From the NCBI GenBank assembly GCA_963836235.1, contig CAWIIP010000002.1, positions 1,376,001 through 1,440,000 on the forward strand: a stretch of DNA of 64,000 nt, given 5' to 3'. Numbering within the stretch: position 1 is the first letter of the stretch; each line of letters begins with the position of its first letter. Positions 52,449 to 62,276 of this stretch are shown here, one piece after another. A program made the translations under genes and the position numbers. The DNA comes from an uncultured Pseudomonadota bacterium. GTDB taxonomy: Bacteria > Oederibacteriota > Muellerivitia > Muellerivitales > Muellerivitaceae. The notes beneath the pieces were generated by a model, which made no database searches, had not been told where the DNA came from, and worked only from the letters and a program-made list of their open reading frames with translations.

Positions 52449-52523
52449 CTTTTTGGAAATCTTCACCGGTTCAATAAGAGAATGAGAAAAAAAGATAAAC
52501 TTCGATTTTGAAGGGAAATAAAA

Positions 52524-52802
52524 ATGGGAACCAAGGCTAACAGGGATTCGGGCATCAGCTCTTTCGTGGGGGATCTTCTGGAAAAGGAAGGCCTTGAACT
52601 TTATGAAAAATGGTTCGCGCGATTAAAAGAGCAAAGTCCCGCCGACCAAAAGATAACGGATTTTCAAGTGCGGGATGAAATGCTGACCGAAATCGCTTCT
52701 TTGGCTACTGAGGGCAATTCCCTCATTTTGAGCAAGAAAGATAAGCTTTTGATCGAAGACCTTTTGAATCGCTTCTTACAAAAAGCCCATCTTCTGAAGT
52801 AA
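52524..52802 (+). CDS. Hypothetical helical protein (92 aa)
   Basis: ORF with RBS; no confident family. Confidence 0.6.
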   Translation: MGTKANRDSGISSFVGDLLEKEGLELYEKWFARLKEQSPADQKITDFQVRDEMLTEIASLATEGNSLILSKKDKLLIEDLLNRFLQKAHLLK

Positions 52803-52824
52803 CGAAAGAGTGTGGGGAAAATAA

Positions 52825-53589
52825 ATGAGAAAAGATCATTGGCTTTATATTTTCCTTACGGTCTTTTTAGCCTCCACTCCTCAAGCATGGGCCGGGCCTC
52901 CTTTTTTAACCGACGACCCGGAGCCGGTGGATTTTAACCATTTCGAGTTTTACGTCTTTTCCACATTGGACAAGTCCGGTGGCAGCGCCCTGATTCAGAC
53001 GCCCGCCTCTGAGTTCAATTGGGGCGCCTTGCCCGACTTGCAACTACACGTGGCAACCTGTCTGACTTATTTTTCTCCCGGACCAGGCGCTTCCGCTTAC
53101 GGCCTGGGAGACTCAGAAATGGGCGCCAAATTCCGGTTTCTGGACGAAACCCCCGACCATCCTCAAATGGCCATCTATCCCTTGGCGGAAATTTCCACGG
53201 GGAATGCTTCGAAGGGATTGGGTAATGGGCTCACTTGGTACAAGCTTCCCCTCTGGATTCAAAAAAGCTGGGGACCTTGGACTACCTACGGCGGGGGCGG
53301 CTATGCCTTCAATGCCGCGCCTGGCGCGCGTGATTATCCCTTCGGCGGCTGGCTTCTCCAAAGGGATTTGAACCAAACCTTGACCTTAGGAGGGGAACTC
53401 TTCGCCCAAGGCCCGGATACCCAAGCCGCCCAGGGCTTTCTCCTGGTAAACCTAGGTGGTCAGTTGAACTTTTCCCCCGGCTTCAGCCTGCTCCTCTCCG
53501 GCGGCCATTCCATTGTGGGGGAGGATCAAACCGTATCTTACTTGGCGCTTTATTGGACCTGGGGACCCGAGGAAAAGAAAAACCCTTAA
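52825..53589 (+). CDS. Putative outer-membrane beta-barrel ('transporter' family)
   Basis: Signal peptide, GPPFLTDDPEP, GLGD.E.G.KFRF and amphipathic strands. Confidence 0.75.
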   Translation: MRKDHWLYIFLTVFLASTPQAWAGPPFLTDDPEPVDFNHFEFYVFSTLDKSGGSALIQTPASEFNWGALPDLQLHVATCLTYFSPGPGASAYGLGDSEMGAKFRFLDETPDHPQMAIYPLAEISTGNASKGLGNGLTWYKLPLWIQKSWGPWTTYGGGGYAFNAAPGARDYPFGGWLLQRDLNQTLTLGGELFAQGPDTQAAQGFLLVNLGGQLNFSPGFSLLLSGGHSIVGEDQTVSYLALYWTWGPEEKKNP

Positions 53590-53611
53590 CCGGATTTGTC
53601 CGTTTAAAAGT

Positions 53612-54004
53612 TCAAAATTTTTTAAAAATGAGATAAGCCACGAGTGTGGCGATTATGGATATGCCAAAGCCGATGGAGATAATTTTCAAGGCGTTTTGGC
53701 GGTCCAGAAGCCGGTCCTCGGCCTGCTCTACGGGTTCGCTTTGAAAAGCCGCTTTGTCCAGGTTCATCAATCCACGCAGACCGAAGTTGACGCAAAAATG
53801 GGAATAGTACTCCAACAAGCCTATGCTTCCCGCCAAGGCCGGGATGAAAAGAAAAAAATTCGCCCATCGGGGAAAAGGGGCCAGGTGAAAATAAACCGCC
53901 AGCCCCATGAAGGCGACCGTGCCGATCCATCCCACTCTTTCACGCTGCACACGCTCTTGCGGGCCGATGTTGCAAATGCCGGGAATATATTTAGCCTGTT
54001 CCAT
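53612..54004 (-). CDS. Small conserved membrane protein
   Basis: Y.PG.CNIG..E...R motif, FCV.FG and three TM segments. Confidence 0.7.
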   Translation of the reverse strand: MEQAKYIPGICNIGPQERVQRERVGWIGTVAFMGLAVYFHLAPFPRWANFFLFIPALAGSIGLLEYYSHFCVNFGLRGLMNLDKAAFQSEPVEQAEDRLLDRQNALKIISIGFGISIIATLVAYLIFKKF

Positions 54005-54162
54005 GGAAAACTCCTTTCGGGGCTCGATGTGAATGATGGGGAGTAGCCTGAGGGAAAGGGGATTCGAAAAGCAAGTGGGCCGCTCTTTTCAGGTTAACCG
54101 GTTCCGTTCGGGCATGGGACTAGGCTTTCCCCTAAAAGAAAGGATAAGGAAAGGATTCCCCC

Positions 54163-55434
54163 TTATTCAGCCAAACCCATGGAAATCTTATGCAGGAATT
54201 CGGTGTTGATATCCGTGCAAAGAATAAAGGTCTTTTTCTTCTCCATATTCCGGAATAACCGGGCGAAAGTAATGCAGATATTACCGGTAGCCAGCGATAG
54301 GTAGGGCTCGGTAATGAAAATCGTTTTGCGCAGCCCCCCATCGACCAACATGTAAAAATAATCCTTCATGGTATGGTCCTCCCCCTTGGCGGCGGGCCGG
54401 AACATATGGCTGTGGCGGCGAAGTTTCACGGCGTTTCCCAAAACCGTTTCCGTCACTTGGACACCCTTCTCGTCCAAAACATAAAGACATTCCACCAAGG
54501 GGAAATAGTGGAACATCTCGCGGATTTTCTCGTCGAAATCTTGCTCCGGAATTTTGGACAGCTCAATCTGGACTTCCCGGGTCATCACCTCGTATTTATT
54601 CAAGTTGAATTGCTTGATGTCTATTTTCTTGAAAAGAACTTCTTTATATTTCTGGCTAATATCCCCGATACGTGCTCCCACCGCCCTTTCATCAACCTCG
54701 CCCAAGCGCCGGGGCTTCGAAAAAAAGTAACCTTGGATCATATCCACGCCTAGATCCATTACCATCAGGGCTTCTTCCTCGGTTTCGATACCCTCGGCCA
54801 GGGTCAAGGCCCCGAGCTTATGCGATAGCCCCACCAGGGACTTGAAGACTTCCTGCTTGTAAAAATCCTCATGGATGTTTTGAACCAGGTAACGGTCCAC
54901 CTTCAGGATATCAGGCTTCAAGAGCGGTATCCGGTTCAAATTGGAGTGACCCGCCCCCACATCGTCCAGGGCGATCAGGAATCCGTAGTCCCGGTAGGTC
55001 TGGATGAACTTCTGCAGTTGGCCCATGTTCTTCACGTTGGATTCGATGATCTCCAGCGCGATGAGGGAGGGCTTGAGGCCCGCGGCCTCCACCTGGCGGT
55101 TGAGAACCCCCGATCCCACGACCCCCTGGTCGATGATGGAAGCCTCAAAATTTAGGGACAGAAAGCTGTCGGATTTCGTGCCCGCCACCGCGGCGAAACT
55201 TTCCAGGACCTTCTTGCGGCAAAGCCGGTCCAGCTCCAGGGTTTCCCCCGACTCGGCAGCTTGGGAAAAAAGCTCGAGGGGTGGGATGAGGGCCCCGCTG
55301 GCAGGATGAAGCCCTCGGATAAGGCCTTCGTAACCCGAAATGGTTTTTTTTCTCAGGGACACGATCGGCTGGAAATGGGCTTCGAGGGATTCTCCTGAAA
55401 AAATTTCATGTAAGTCGAATTCGGCGGTTGGCAT
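54163..55434 (-). CDS. EAL-domain c-di-GMP phosphodiesterase with YkuI-like C-terminal domain
   Basis: FQPIV, YEGLIR, DDVGAGHS, KVDR, AEGIE and QGYFF; C-terminal EPY.S.ATG..CIT. Confidence 0.9.
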   Translation of the reverse strand: MPTAEFDLHEIFSGESLEAHFQPIVSLRKKTISGYEGLIRGLHPASGALIPPLELFSQAAESGETLELDRLCRKKVLESFAAVAGTKSDSFLSLNFEASIIDQGVVGSGVLNRQVEAAGLKPSLIALEIIESNVKNMGQLQKFIQTYRDYGFLIALDDVGAGHSNLNRIPLLKPDILKVDRYLVQNIHEDFYKQEVFKSLVGLSHKLGALTLAEGIETEEEALMVMDLGVDMIQGYFFSKPRRLGEVDERAVGARIGDISQKYKEVLFKKIDIKQFNLNKYEVMTREVQIELSKIPEQDFDEKIREMFHYFPLVECLYVLDEKGVQVTETVLGNAVKLRRHSHMFRPAAKGEDHTMKDYFYMLVDGGLRKTIFITEPYLSLATGNICITFARLFRNMEKKKTFILCTDINTEFLHKISMGLAE

Positions 55435-55489
55435 GGTCTTTCCTTGGGCGGCGTTGGTCTTGAACGACAAAGAAATCATCTTTCTTTAA

Positions 55490-55504
55490 TCAATAACCAT
55501 GCCA
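55490..55504 (-). promoter_or_regulatory. Sigma54-like promoter with a variant -12 element
   Basis: CTGGCATGGTTATTGAT is GG-N10-GA. Confidence 0.4.
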
Positions 55505-55690
55505 GGAAATCTCGCTTTTCGGAAAGGGGGGAATCCTTTATTTAATGTCTGATTTCGGTGGAAAAAAAGTAAAACCCCGACAAGCAAGAAAGATAAGCGA
55601 CAATAACGTTGACCCGGCTTTCTTTTTTGTAACGGGTGTCAGTGATTAGGCAAAATTTGGGACGGATCCTTGTCGATAAAAAAACCTTAA

Positions 55691-56725
55691 CTAGGTTCGT
55701 AGGGATCCGGAAGACTGGCGCACGATTAACTGGGAGGGAATTAAAATCTGACGCGGTTTCCAATCGTCGGGATTCTTTATTTTGTCGATCAGCACCTTAG
55801 TGGCTTCCACGCTGACTTGGTGATAGTCCTGCTGGATGGTGGTAAGGGAATAGGGAGGCGTGCCCACTTCAGGAATATCGTCGAATCCCACTAAAGCCAT
55901 GTCGGTTCCGACCTTGAGTCCCTTTTTCTCCAACATGTCCCAGGCGCCTAAGGCCATTAAATCGTTGGAGGCAAAAACCGCGCTTGGCCTTTCGGGCAAT
56001 TCCAACAGCTTTTGGATGCCTTCCTCCCCGGATTTCCTCAAAAAATTTCCCTCAAAAATATATTCCGTCGGAACAGCCAGTCCGTGTTTTTGCATGGCCT
56101 GTTGGAAACCCTGGAGGCGGTCCGCCGCGTTGCGTGAGTACTGGACTGGGCCCGAAATGTAGGCGATTTTTCGATGGCCTAGCTTCACCAAATGATCCAC
56201 GACTTGGCTTGCGGCTTGAGCGTTATCGGTATCGACAAAATCGACACCAGGATCATCGGTGCGGTAGCCGACTAAAACGATGGGTATCCGGTTATCCAGC
56301 ATATGCAGAACGTCTTTTTCCGCTAAATAGGGCGAAACCATTAAAACGCCGTCCACCGCGTTTTGAAAAACCTTCCGGTAAACCAATTGCGGCGCGAAGA
56401 CGCCGGCAATCGTGTTCACCAAAAGGCCGTATTGATGCTCATCCAACACTTCGTTGATGCCGTTCAATAACTTCGTGTACCAATCGCTTTGGATGTTGAA
56501 CTGGCGGCCCGCCCAGGAAAAAAAGACTTCGATAATGACCGTTTGGGTTTGTTTCACCACCAAATTGCGCGCGACGGGATTAGGCTTGAAGTTCATCTCT
56601 TTGATGACGGCCAAAACGGCTTCCCGGGTTTTTTCCAATACATTGGGATTCTTGTTCAGGACTCGCGAAACTGTTGAAATCGAAACTCCCGCTTTTTTGG
56701 CGACGTCATAAATCGTAATGGCCAA
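55691..56725 (-). CDS. LacI-family transcriptional regulator
   Basis: TIYDVAKKAGVSISTVSRVLN, PN..AR, VGFDD and LTTI motifs. Confidence 0.95.
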   Translation of the reverse strand: MAITIYDVAKKAGVSISTVSRVLNKNPNVLEKTREAVLAVIKEMNFKPNPVARNLVVKQTQTVIIEVFFSWAGRQFNIQSDWYTKLLNGINEVLDEHQYGLLVNTIAGVFAPQLVYRKVFQNAVDGVLMVSPYLAEKDVLHMLDNRIPIVLVGYRTDDPGVDFVDTDNAQAASQVVDHLVKLGHRKIAYISGPVQYSRNAADRLQGFQQAMQKHGLAVPTEYIFEGNFLRKSGEEGIQKLLELPERPSAVFASNDLMALGAWDMLEKKGLKVGTDMALVGFDDIPEVGTPPYSLTTIQQDYHQVSVEATKVLIDKIKNPDDWKPRQILIPSQLIVRQSSGSLRT

Positions 56726-56977
56726 ATCCGGTCCCCTTTGTCTTGTGATTGTTTTTCTTGAGCGTTCGGCGCGTTTAAATCGTCTTCCCTGATCCCTTAA
56801 GTCTTCATGAAAATAATGGAATTAAACTTTTTGGGGAATAGGCGGGATGCTTAAAAAATTATAACCTAATTCAAGGATAAAATCATGGGCTATGGCGCGG
56901 GCCATTACCCCGACTCGGCCATGTCAGCCCAGGAAAAAATAAGTTTCAGATTTTTAAAGGGAAATAAAAAGAACGGC

Positions 56978-59900
56978 TTACCGCTGAATGATAATTTTGG
57001 TGGTTTGTTTCTGCACGAAGGTGCCGTTGAGATCGTTCAAGTTCACCACCACGATGTAAAGGCCGCTGGATAATCCCGACAGGTTCAGGTCCACTTCGTT
57101 CGTCCCTGGGGTTCCCGTGACCGGCTTCTTCACCAATTCTCCCGCCACGTCATACACACTCGCCGTCAACGTCATGTCCGTCGTCGATTCCACCTTCACC
57201 TTCGTCGTGTCCGTCCCCTTCAGGATGTTCGGCGCCGCGTACACGTTCCCGTTCGTCACCGGGCTGTTCCCTCTCTGCACAATCACGCTCTTTGATACCA
57301 CTTCCTCCCCACCGCTCCCATTCGTCCAGTTCACCGATATCTCATATACCCCGTTCGTCACGATCGACCCGTTATCACTCGTTCCATCCCACACCACCGA
57401 CGTCCCATTGAACGTAATCGTCACTGAATTGTCCCCGCCCGGCGTCGGCGTCCCAACCCTCGGCGCGATCATCCCCGTCGATAACGCCACCTCCCCCAAG
57501 GACACGTTCCCAGGGTCATCCGCGTAGCTATACAAATGCTTCACCACTTCTCCCGCCTCGTTGTACACATCCACCACCACCTGCGCGATCGACCGGCTCA
57601 CCGTCACCGTCTGCGATACGTTCGTCACCACTCCGCTCGGGTCCGTGCTCGTCACATTCACGTAATAAGTACCGTTACTCACCGGCGTCCCCGACTGGTT
57701 CGTCCCATCCCACGACGCGATCACCACCCCGCCCACCATCACATACGTCTTCCCTTCCAGGCTCGTGATCGTCGCTCCCGTCAGCGTGAAGCTCTTCACT
57801 TCCTGCGACAGCTCCTGCACCCAGATATCCTTCACCAGCTCTCCCGCCTCATTATACACCGCCACTTCCACCTTATAAATCGCCGCCACCGTGATACTCA
57901 CCGACGCCTTCTGCGGCACCGGGTTACCCGCGTAGGTCAATTGCGCGTTGTTCGTCAATACCGTGCCGCCCGGCAACAGATTACCCACTATTGCCTGGTA
58001 CGTCAGCGTCACCGCTCCCACCGGCAAGCTCGGGAAAGTCCAGCTCAAGTTATTTCCCACCGCGCTCGTCACTCCACCCGGCGGGACCAACGCGAAGCTC
58101 GCGAAAGTCATATTCGCCGGCAGTTGGTCGCTCACCGTCACCGAACTGGCCGCCGCCTCCACCACGTTCAAGATCAGGCTATAAGTCACCAAATCCCCCG
58201 ATTGGGCCACCGTTTCCGAGGTTTTCTTCACGATGCTCACTCCTGGCGTTGGTGTGAAGGTAAAGGTCGGCGTCGGGGTGTAGCTATAGGTATAGGTAGA
58301 CGTAAAGGTATAGGTCGACGTCGGGGTCGAGCTTGCCGTCGCCGTCGCTGTGTTCGTCGCCGTATTCGTCGGCGTCCGTGTATCCGTCACTGTCGGGGTG
58401 TTCGTGGCCGTGTGAGTATTGGATGGAGTGAAAGTAACGGTAGGTGTATGGGTGTTTGTGAACGTAAAGGTATCCGTTGGCGTGTGTGTCGCCGTCGGGG
58501 TATTGGTCACCGTGTTGGTATTGGTAGGAGTCCTTGTATCGGTGAGAGTGAAGCTATTCGTTGGGGTAAAGCTAGCCGTAGGGGTGTCCGTGGGCGTGAA
58601 ACTATTTGTCGGAGTCCTCGTATCGGTAAGAGTAAAGCTATTGGTTGCCGTAAATGTATCAGTCGGAGTGTTGGTTGCGGTTGGAGTATTCGTGTTCGTG
58701 TAAGTATTGGTAGGGGTTTTCGTATTCGTAAGTGTAAAGCTATTGGTGGGCGTAAAACTGTCCGTGGGTGTATTAGTGGCGGTCGCCGTATTGGTAATGG
58801 TGTTGGTGTTGGTCGGAGTTTTTGTATTCGTGAGTGTGAAGCTATTAGTAACCGTAAATGTATCCGTGGAGGTGTTGGTTGAGGTAGGAGTATTAGTGAT
58901 CGTATAAGTATTCGTGGGAGTTTTCGTATTCGTAAGAGTAAAGCTATTCGTAGGCGTAAAGCTGTTAGTAGGGGTATTAGTCGCCACAGGTGTATTCGTT
59001 ATCGTGTAAGTATTGGTAGGGGTTTTCGTATCCGTAAGAGTAAAGCTATCGGTGGGTGAAAAGCTGTTGGTAGGGGTGTTAGTTGCCACAGGTGTATTCG
59101 TTAGTGTGTAAGTGTTTGTGGGAGTCCTCGTATCAGTAAGAGTGAAGCTATTAGTGGCTGTAAAAGTATTAGTCGAGGTGTTGGTGGCCGTCGAGGTATT
59201 TGTAATGGTGTAGGTGTTGGTGGATGTTTTTGTATTCGACGGAGTAAATGTGTTGGTGGCCGTTGAGGTATCGGTTGCTGTCGAAGTCAAAGTCCTAGTA
59301 TTGGTAACCGTAAAGGTATCAGTTGTGGTAACCGTTGAAGTAGCCGTATGAGTCGCCACCGGAGTCGCCGTGGCGATAGCCGTGTTGGTTGCGACAGCAG
59401 TGGAGGTAGGAGGAACTGTTGGCGGTCCGGCCGTTGCCACGGCAGTACTAGTCGCGACAGCGGTCGCGGTAGGCGGCACGGTTGGAGGTACAGCAGTGGC
59501 CACGGCGGTGCTGGTGGCAACTATCACGGTAGCCGTAGCGGTAGGCGGCACGGCGGTAGCAACGGCAGTGGCTGTGGGGACGGACGTAGGGGTAGATGTG
59601 GGGATTGCTGTAGCCGTGGCAACTGCGGTTGCGGTGGCCGTATGGGGTACGGCCGTGGCGGTCGCGGTCGCAACAGCCGTAGCGGTTGAAGTGCTAGTCG
59701 GAACTGATGTTGAGGTATTAGTAACGGTTGAAGTAGTCGTTTTGGTCGAAGTTGCCGTCGCCGTTGTGGTATTGGTATTCGTTGAGGTGGAGGTATTGGA
59801 CGAAGTCGCTGTGGAAGTAACTGAAAAAGTTGAGGTCGTCGTGGCCGTGACCGTGGCAGTGGAAGTTTTAGTCGAAGTGGGAGTTGGAGGGGGAGTGTTG

Positions 59901-61057
59901 GTGTGGGTCGGAGTGGGGGTATTCGTAGGGGTGGGGGTAGTGCATTTGGCATTACAGCCGGCCGCCAGCATGTTTACCCAATATTCTTGTTTATTCGTGG
60001 TGATCGGATCTCCCAAACCCCAAGTGATCTTATTGGTTCCCGATGTCGGAACACCGGTGTAGGTTTGGTCAAAAGCCGTCGGCTGGCCGCAAGTTCCCAA
60101 GGCGGTGCAATTACTCCATTCGCTCGCTTTGGTCGATTGCACCGCGGTCCCACCCGAAGTTGTTCCGTAAAAGTCATCCGTAAAGGGCGGGGTCTGACTG
60201 CTATTGAGCCCATATTGGCTGCCTCCAAAAACGGAAAAATTGTTTGTCCCGCAACTGGAGGTGGGATCCGTGCAACTCCAATCAACCGTCGGAGCATAAG
60301 GGCTGACTCCCTCTCGAAACGCCCCTTCTCCCGTATCCCAATAAAAGAGTCCGTCATCCAATGCCACCGCCCCGCAGACACCGGTGGCCGGAACCGTGTA
60401 GACGATCACCAGGGAAGCCGACCAGGCCGTGTTGGAACCAATGTTGGGATAAGTCACCGTGTAACTGTTCGTGTTCAAGGAAACATCACTGGTAACGTTG
60501 TAGCGGATATTGTAGGCCGTTTGGTCCGGATAGCTGGAAATACCATACCCTTCCCTCGGATCGTCAAAAACATTCCAGAGATTTCCGATTCCCGTCATTG
60601 TTCCCGCGGAGGTCGTTTTGCCTCCCAATACCACCGCGCCCGTGGAAGGGCTGGGAGTGCCGCTGGTGTTGTATTCCACTACGTCCAAGAAAGCCGCCAC
60701 GATGGTGGCTCCCGTGGGGGGTGAACACTGCATGGTGATTACTTGGGGAGAAGCGCTTGCCCCAGCCGTACTACCACCACAATAAAGAACCGACACACCC
60801 GAAGCCCCATAGCTATAAAATTGGTTGATGGCCTCGGTGCTGGCGGCAGAACTGGAGGTGGTGCAATTGTCCGAAGAGGAGCCTTGGGTGAAAGTACAGG
60901 CTCCACCGGAATTCGCATTCCAAGCGCATTGGGAATAAGAAGAGATTGGGAGGAAAAAAACAATGGCAAGTAATGAGAAAAAAGGCAAGTAGAGAGAGCG
61001 CCAACCAATATGGCCTTTTGGCAATTTAAGCCAGTTCATTTTTTTGAAAGCTCCCAC
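56978..61057 (-). CDS. Large secreted protein: Cys-containing N-domain, Thr/Pro repeats, DUF11-like domain, two FlgD-Ig-like domains and a T9SS-like C-terminal domain
   Basis: Signal peptide; VKKTS..GDLVTY..VSDQLP; two [18 protein letters not shown] units; tail [26 protein letters not shown]. Confidence 0.85.
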   Translation of the reverse strand: MGAFKKMNWLKLPKGHIGWRSLYLPFFSLLAIVFFLPISSYSQCAWNANSGGACTFTQGSSSDNCTTSSSAASTEAINQFYSYGASGVSVLYCGGSTAGASASPQVITMQCSPPTGATIVAAFLDVVEYNTSGTPSPSTGAVVLGGKTTSAGTMTGIGNLWNVFDDPREGYGISSYPDQTAYNIRYNVTSDVSLNTNSYTVTYPNIGSNTAWSASLVIVYTVPATGVCGAVALDDGLFYWDTGEGAFREGVSPYAPTVDWSCTDPTSSCGTNNFSVFGGSQYGLNSSQTPPFTDDFYGTTSGGTAVQSTKASEWSNCTALGTCGQPTAFDQTYTGVPTSGTNKITWGLGDPITTNKQEYWVNMLAAGCNAKCTTPTPTNTPTPTHTNTPPPTPTSTKTSTATVTATTTSTFSVTSTATSSNTSTSTNTNTTTATATSTKTTTSTVTNTSTSVPTSTSTATAVATATATAVPHTATATAVATATAIPTSTPTSVPTATAVATAVPPTATATVIVATSTAVATAVPPTVPPTATAVATSTAVATAGPPTVPPTSTAVATNTAIATATPVATHTATSTVTTTDTFTVTNTRTLTSTATDTSTATNTFTPSNTKTSTNTYTITNTSTATNTSTNTFTATNSFTLTDTRTPTNTYTLTNTPVATNTPTNSFSPTDSFTLTDTKTPTNTYTITNTPVATNTPTNSFTPTNSFTLTNTKTPTNTYTITNTPTSTNTSTDTFTVTNSFTLTNTKTPTNTNTITNTATATNTPTDSFTPTNSFTLTNTKTPTNTYTNTNTPTATNTPTDTFTATNSFTLTDTRTPTNSFTPTDTPTASFTPTNSFTLTDTRTPTNTNTVTNTPTATHTPTDTFTFTNTHTPTVTFTPSNTHTATNTPTVTDTRTPTNTATNTATATASSTPTSTYTFTSTYTYSYTPTPTFTFTPTPGVSIVKKTSETVAQSGDLVTYSLILNVVEAAASSVTVSDQLPANMTFASFALVPPGGVTSAVGNNLSWTFPSLPVGAVTLTYQAIVGNLLPGGTVLTNNAQLTYAGNPVPQKASVSITVAAIYKVEVAVYNEAGELVKDIWVQELSQEVKSFTLTGATITSLEGKTYVMVGGVVIASWDGTNQSGTPVSNGTYYVNVTSTDPSGVVTNVSQTVTVSRSIAQVVVDVYNEAGEVVKHLYSYADDPGNVSLGEVALSTGMIAPRVGTPTPGGDNSVTITFNGTSVVWDGTSDNGSIVTNGVYEISVNWTNGSGGEEVVSKSVIVQRGNSPVTNGNVYAAPNILKGTDTTKVKVESTTDMTLTASVYDVAGELVKKPVTGTPGTNEVDLNLSGLSSGLYIVVVNLNDLNGTFVQKQTTKIIIQR
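58245..59940 (-). repeat. Coding Thr/Pro/Asn/Ala tandem repeats (~560 aa)
   Basis: Units such as [22 protein letters not shown] and TATAVAT. Confidence 0.9.
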
Positions 61058-61668
61058 ATAAATTGGCCAAAAAAATTTCTCTTGGCCCCAAACTCCTTAA
61101 AACGATTTTCATTTCGTTTCAGGAAATAACCTTGTTGATAATCATACTCGAAATTCAATTTTTATGAGTTTTTGAACCGGTTACTGTTTTTTTTGATTTA
61201 ACTTTAAAAGAGACATCAAATTAGGCGTTTCTCCCCGAATCACTTATTTAGTTTAATTTTTTATTTTTCAAGAACCACGCATACCCTCCAAATCTTGAAG
61301 ACCGGAAAAATTCAAACCAAAAGGCGAATAGCAACGGCGGGAAAACTTAATGAGAAGCTGATAACAAGACAGATGCGTTTTAGAAATACTTCGAGATTTT
61401 ATGGGATGACGGCTATTTTCAAGATCCGCCTGCCGATTTGAACAACTTTTCCAAACATAGGGTGCTCGCGAACTTTCTCGGGGAGTTAGCCGCGCGAACG
61501 ACTCACTTTCTCCTCATCCGATATTAAACTTGGGATAGATTTATTGGGATTATCCTCGTCTCAACGACTTGGGGCCGGGTTCGTTTTTCACAGGAGGCTA
61601 AAAAAGACCCAAATTCCGTCACAAAAGTCCCATTCCACCCAACTTATTTCGAGTTTTAATCCTTTTCC

Positions 61669-61683
61669 TGGCATGTGCTTTGC
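61669..61683 (+). promoter_or_regulatory. Sigma54 (-24/-12) promoter
   Basis: TGGCATGTGCTTTGC is GG-N10-GC, 30 bp upstream of the 61713 start. Confidence 0.7.
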
Positions 61684-61712
61684 CTTTTAATAGAAGGTAA
61701 GGAGAGGAATAC

Positions 61713-62267
61713 TTGAAAAAAATAATCTTTTTGGTTTTCTTCGGAATCTTGGCGGCTCCTATTTTTTCGGAAACTGACGGGAATGGTTCAAGAAAAGTCG
61801 CAAAGGTGGTTCAAAAATACCTACCCTTGCTTCAGCAATTAGCGGCGGAAAAATCCGTTGTTCAAGAAGTCCAGGGCCGTAATAACTCACCTCTTAGCCC
61901 CGAACAGGAAGAGAGAATTCAGGCCGAATGGGTCCAAATCGGCCACGCGAACAGTGAGAAACCTTTCCTTTACAACAGCGCCAGCCAGACGATCCGCGCT
62001 TATGAGTCCAAAATTCCATTCATGGTCAAGTGTTTCCTACTCGACGACCAAGGCAATGTGGTGGGCACCTCGCCCGAATGCAAGGATTTCATCCACGGCC
62101 AAATGGACAAATTCCTCAAATGTTACAACAAAGGATCGGGCCGGGTCTTCGTGAACCCCGCTGGCCTGGACGTTTCCACCAAGATTTATTCGGTCCAAGT
62201 GTCGGTGCCAGTTTGGGACGGTCCCAAAACCATCGGGGTGCTGGTCGCCACCCTTTCCCTGGAATAG
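61713..62267 (+). CDS. Stand-alone periplasmic PDC/Cache-like sensor protein
   Basis: Signal peptide; FLLDDQGNVVG, D.ST..YSVQVSVPV.DG..IGVL motifs. Confidence 0.75.
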   Translation: MKKIIFLVFFGILAAPIFSETDGNGSRKVAKVVQKYLPLLQQLAAEKSVVQEVQGRNNSPLSPEQEERIQAEWVQIGHANSEKPFLYNSASQTIRAYESKIPFMVKCFLLDDQGNVVGTSPECKDFIHGQMDKFLKCYNKGSGRVFVNPAGLDVSTKIYSVQVSVPVWDGPKTIGVLVATLSLE

Positions 62268-62276
62268 GAAATCCGA

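Noticed and set aside
58245-59940. Tandem repeats as a CRISPR array or DGR template
   Set aside because: They are in-frame degenerate coding repeats with no constant repeat/unique spacer pattern, and there is no cas or reverse transcriptase gene.
57536-60062. Long Val-rich and Arg/His-rich plus-strand ORFs (also at 19676-20593)
   Set aside because: They are antisense shadows of Thr-rich repeats and biased codons.
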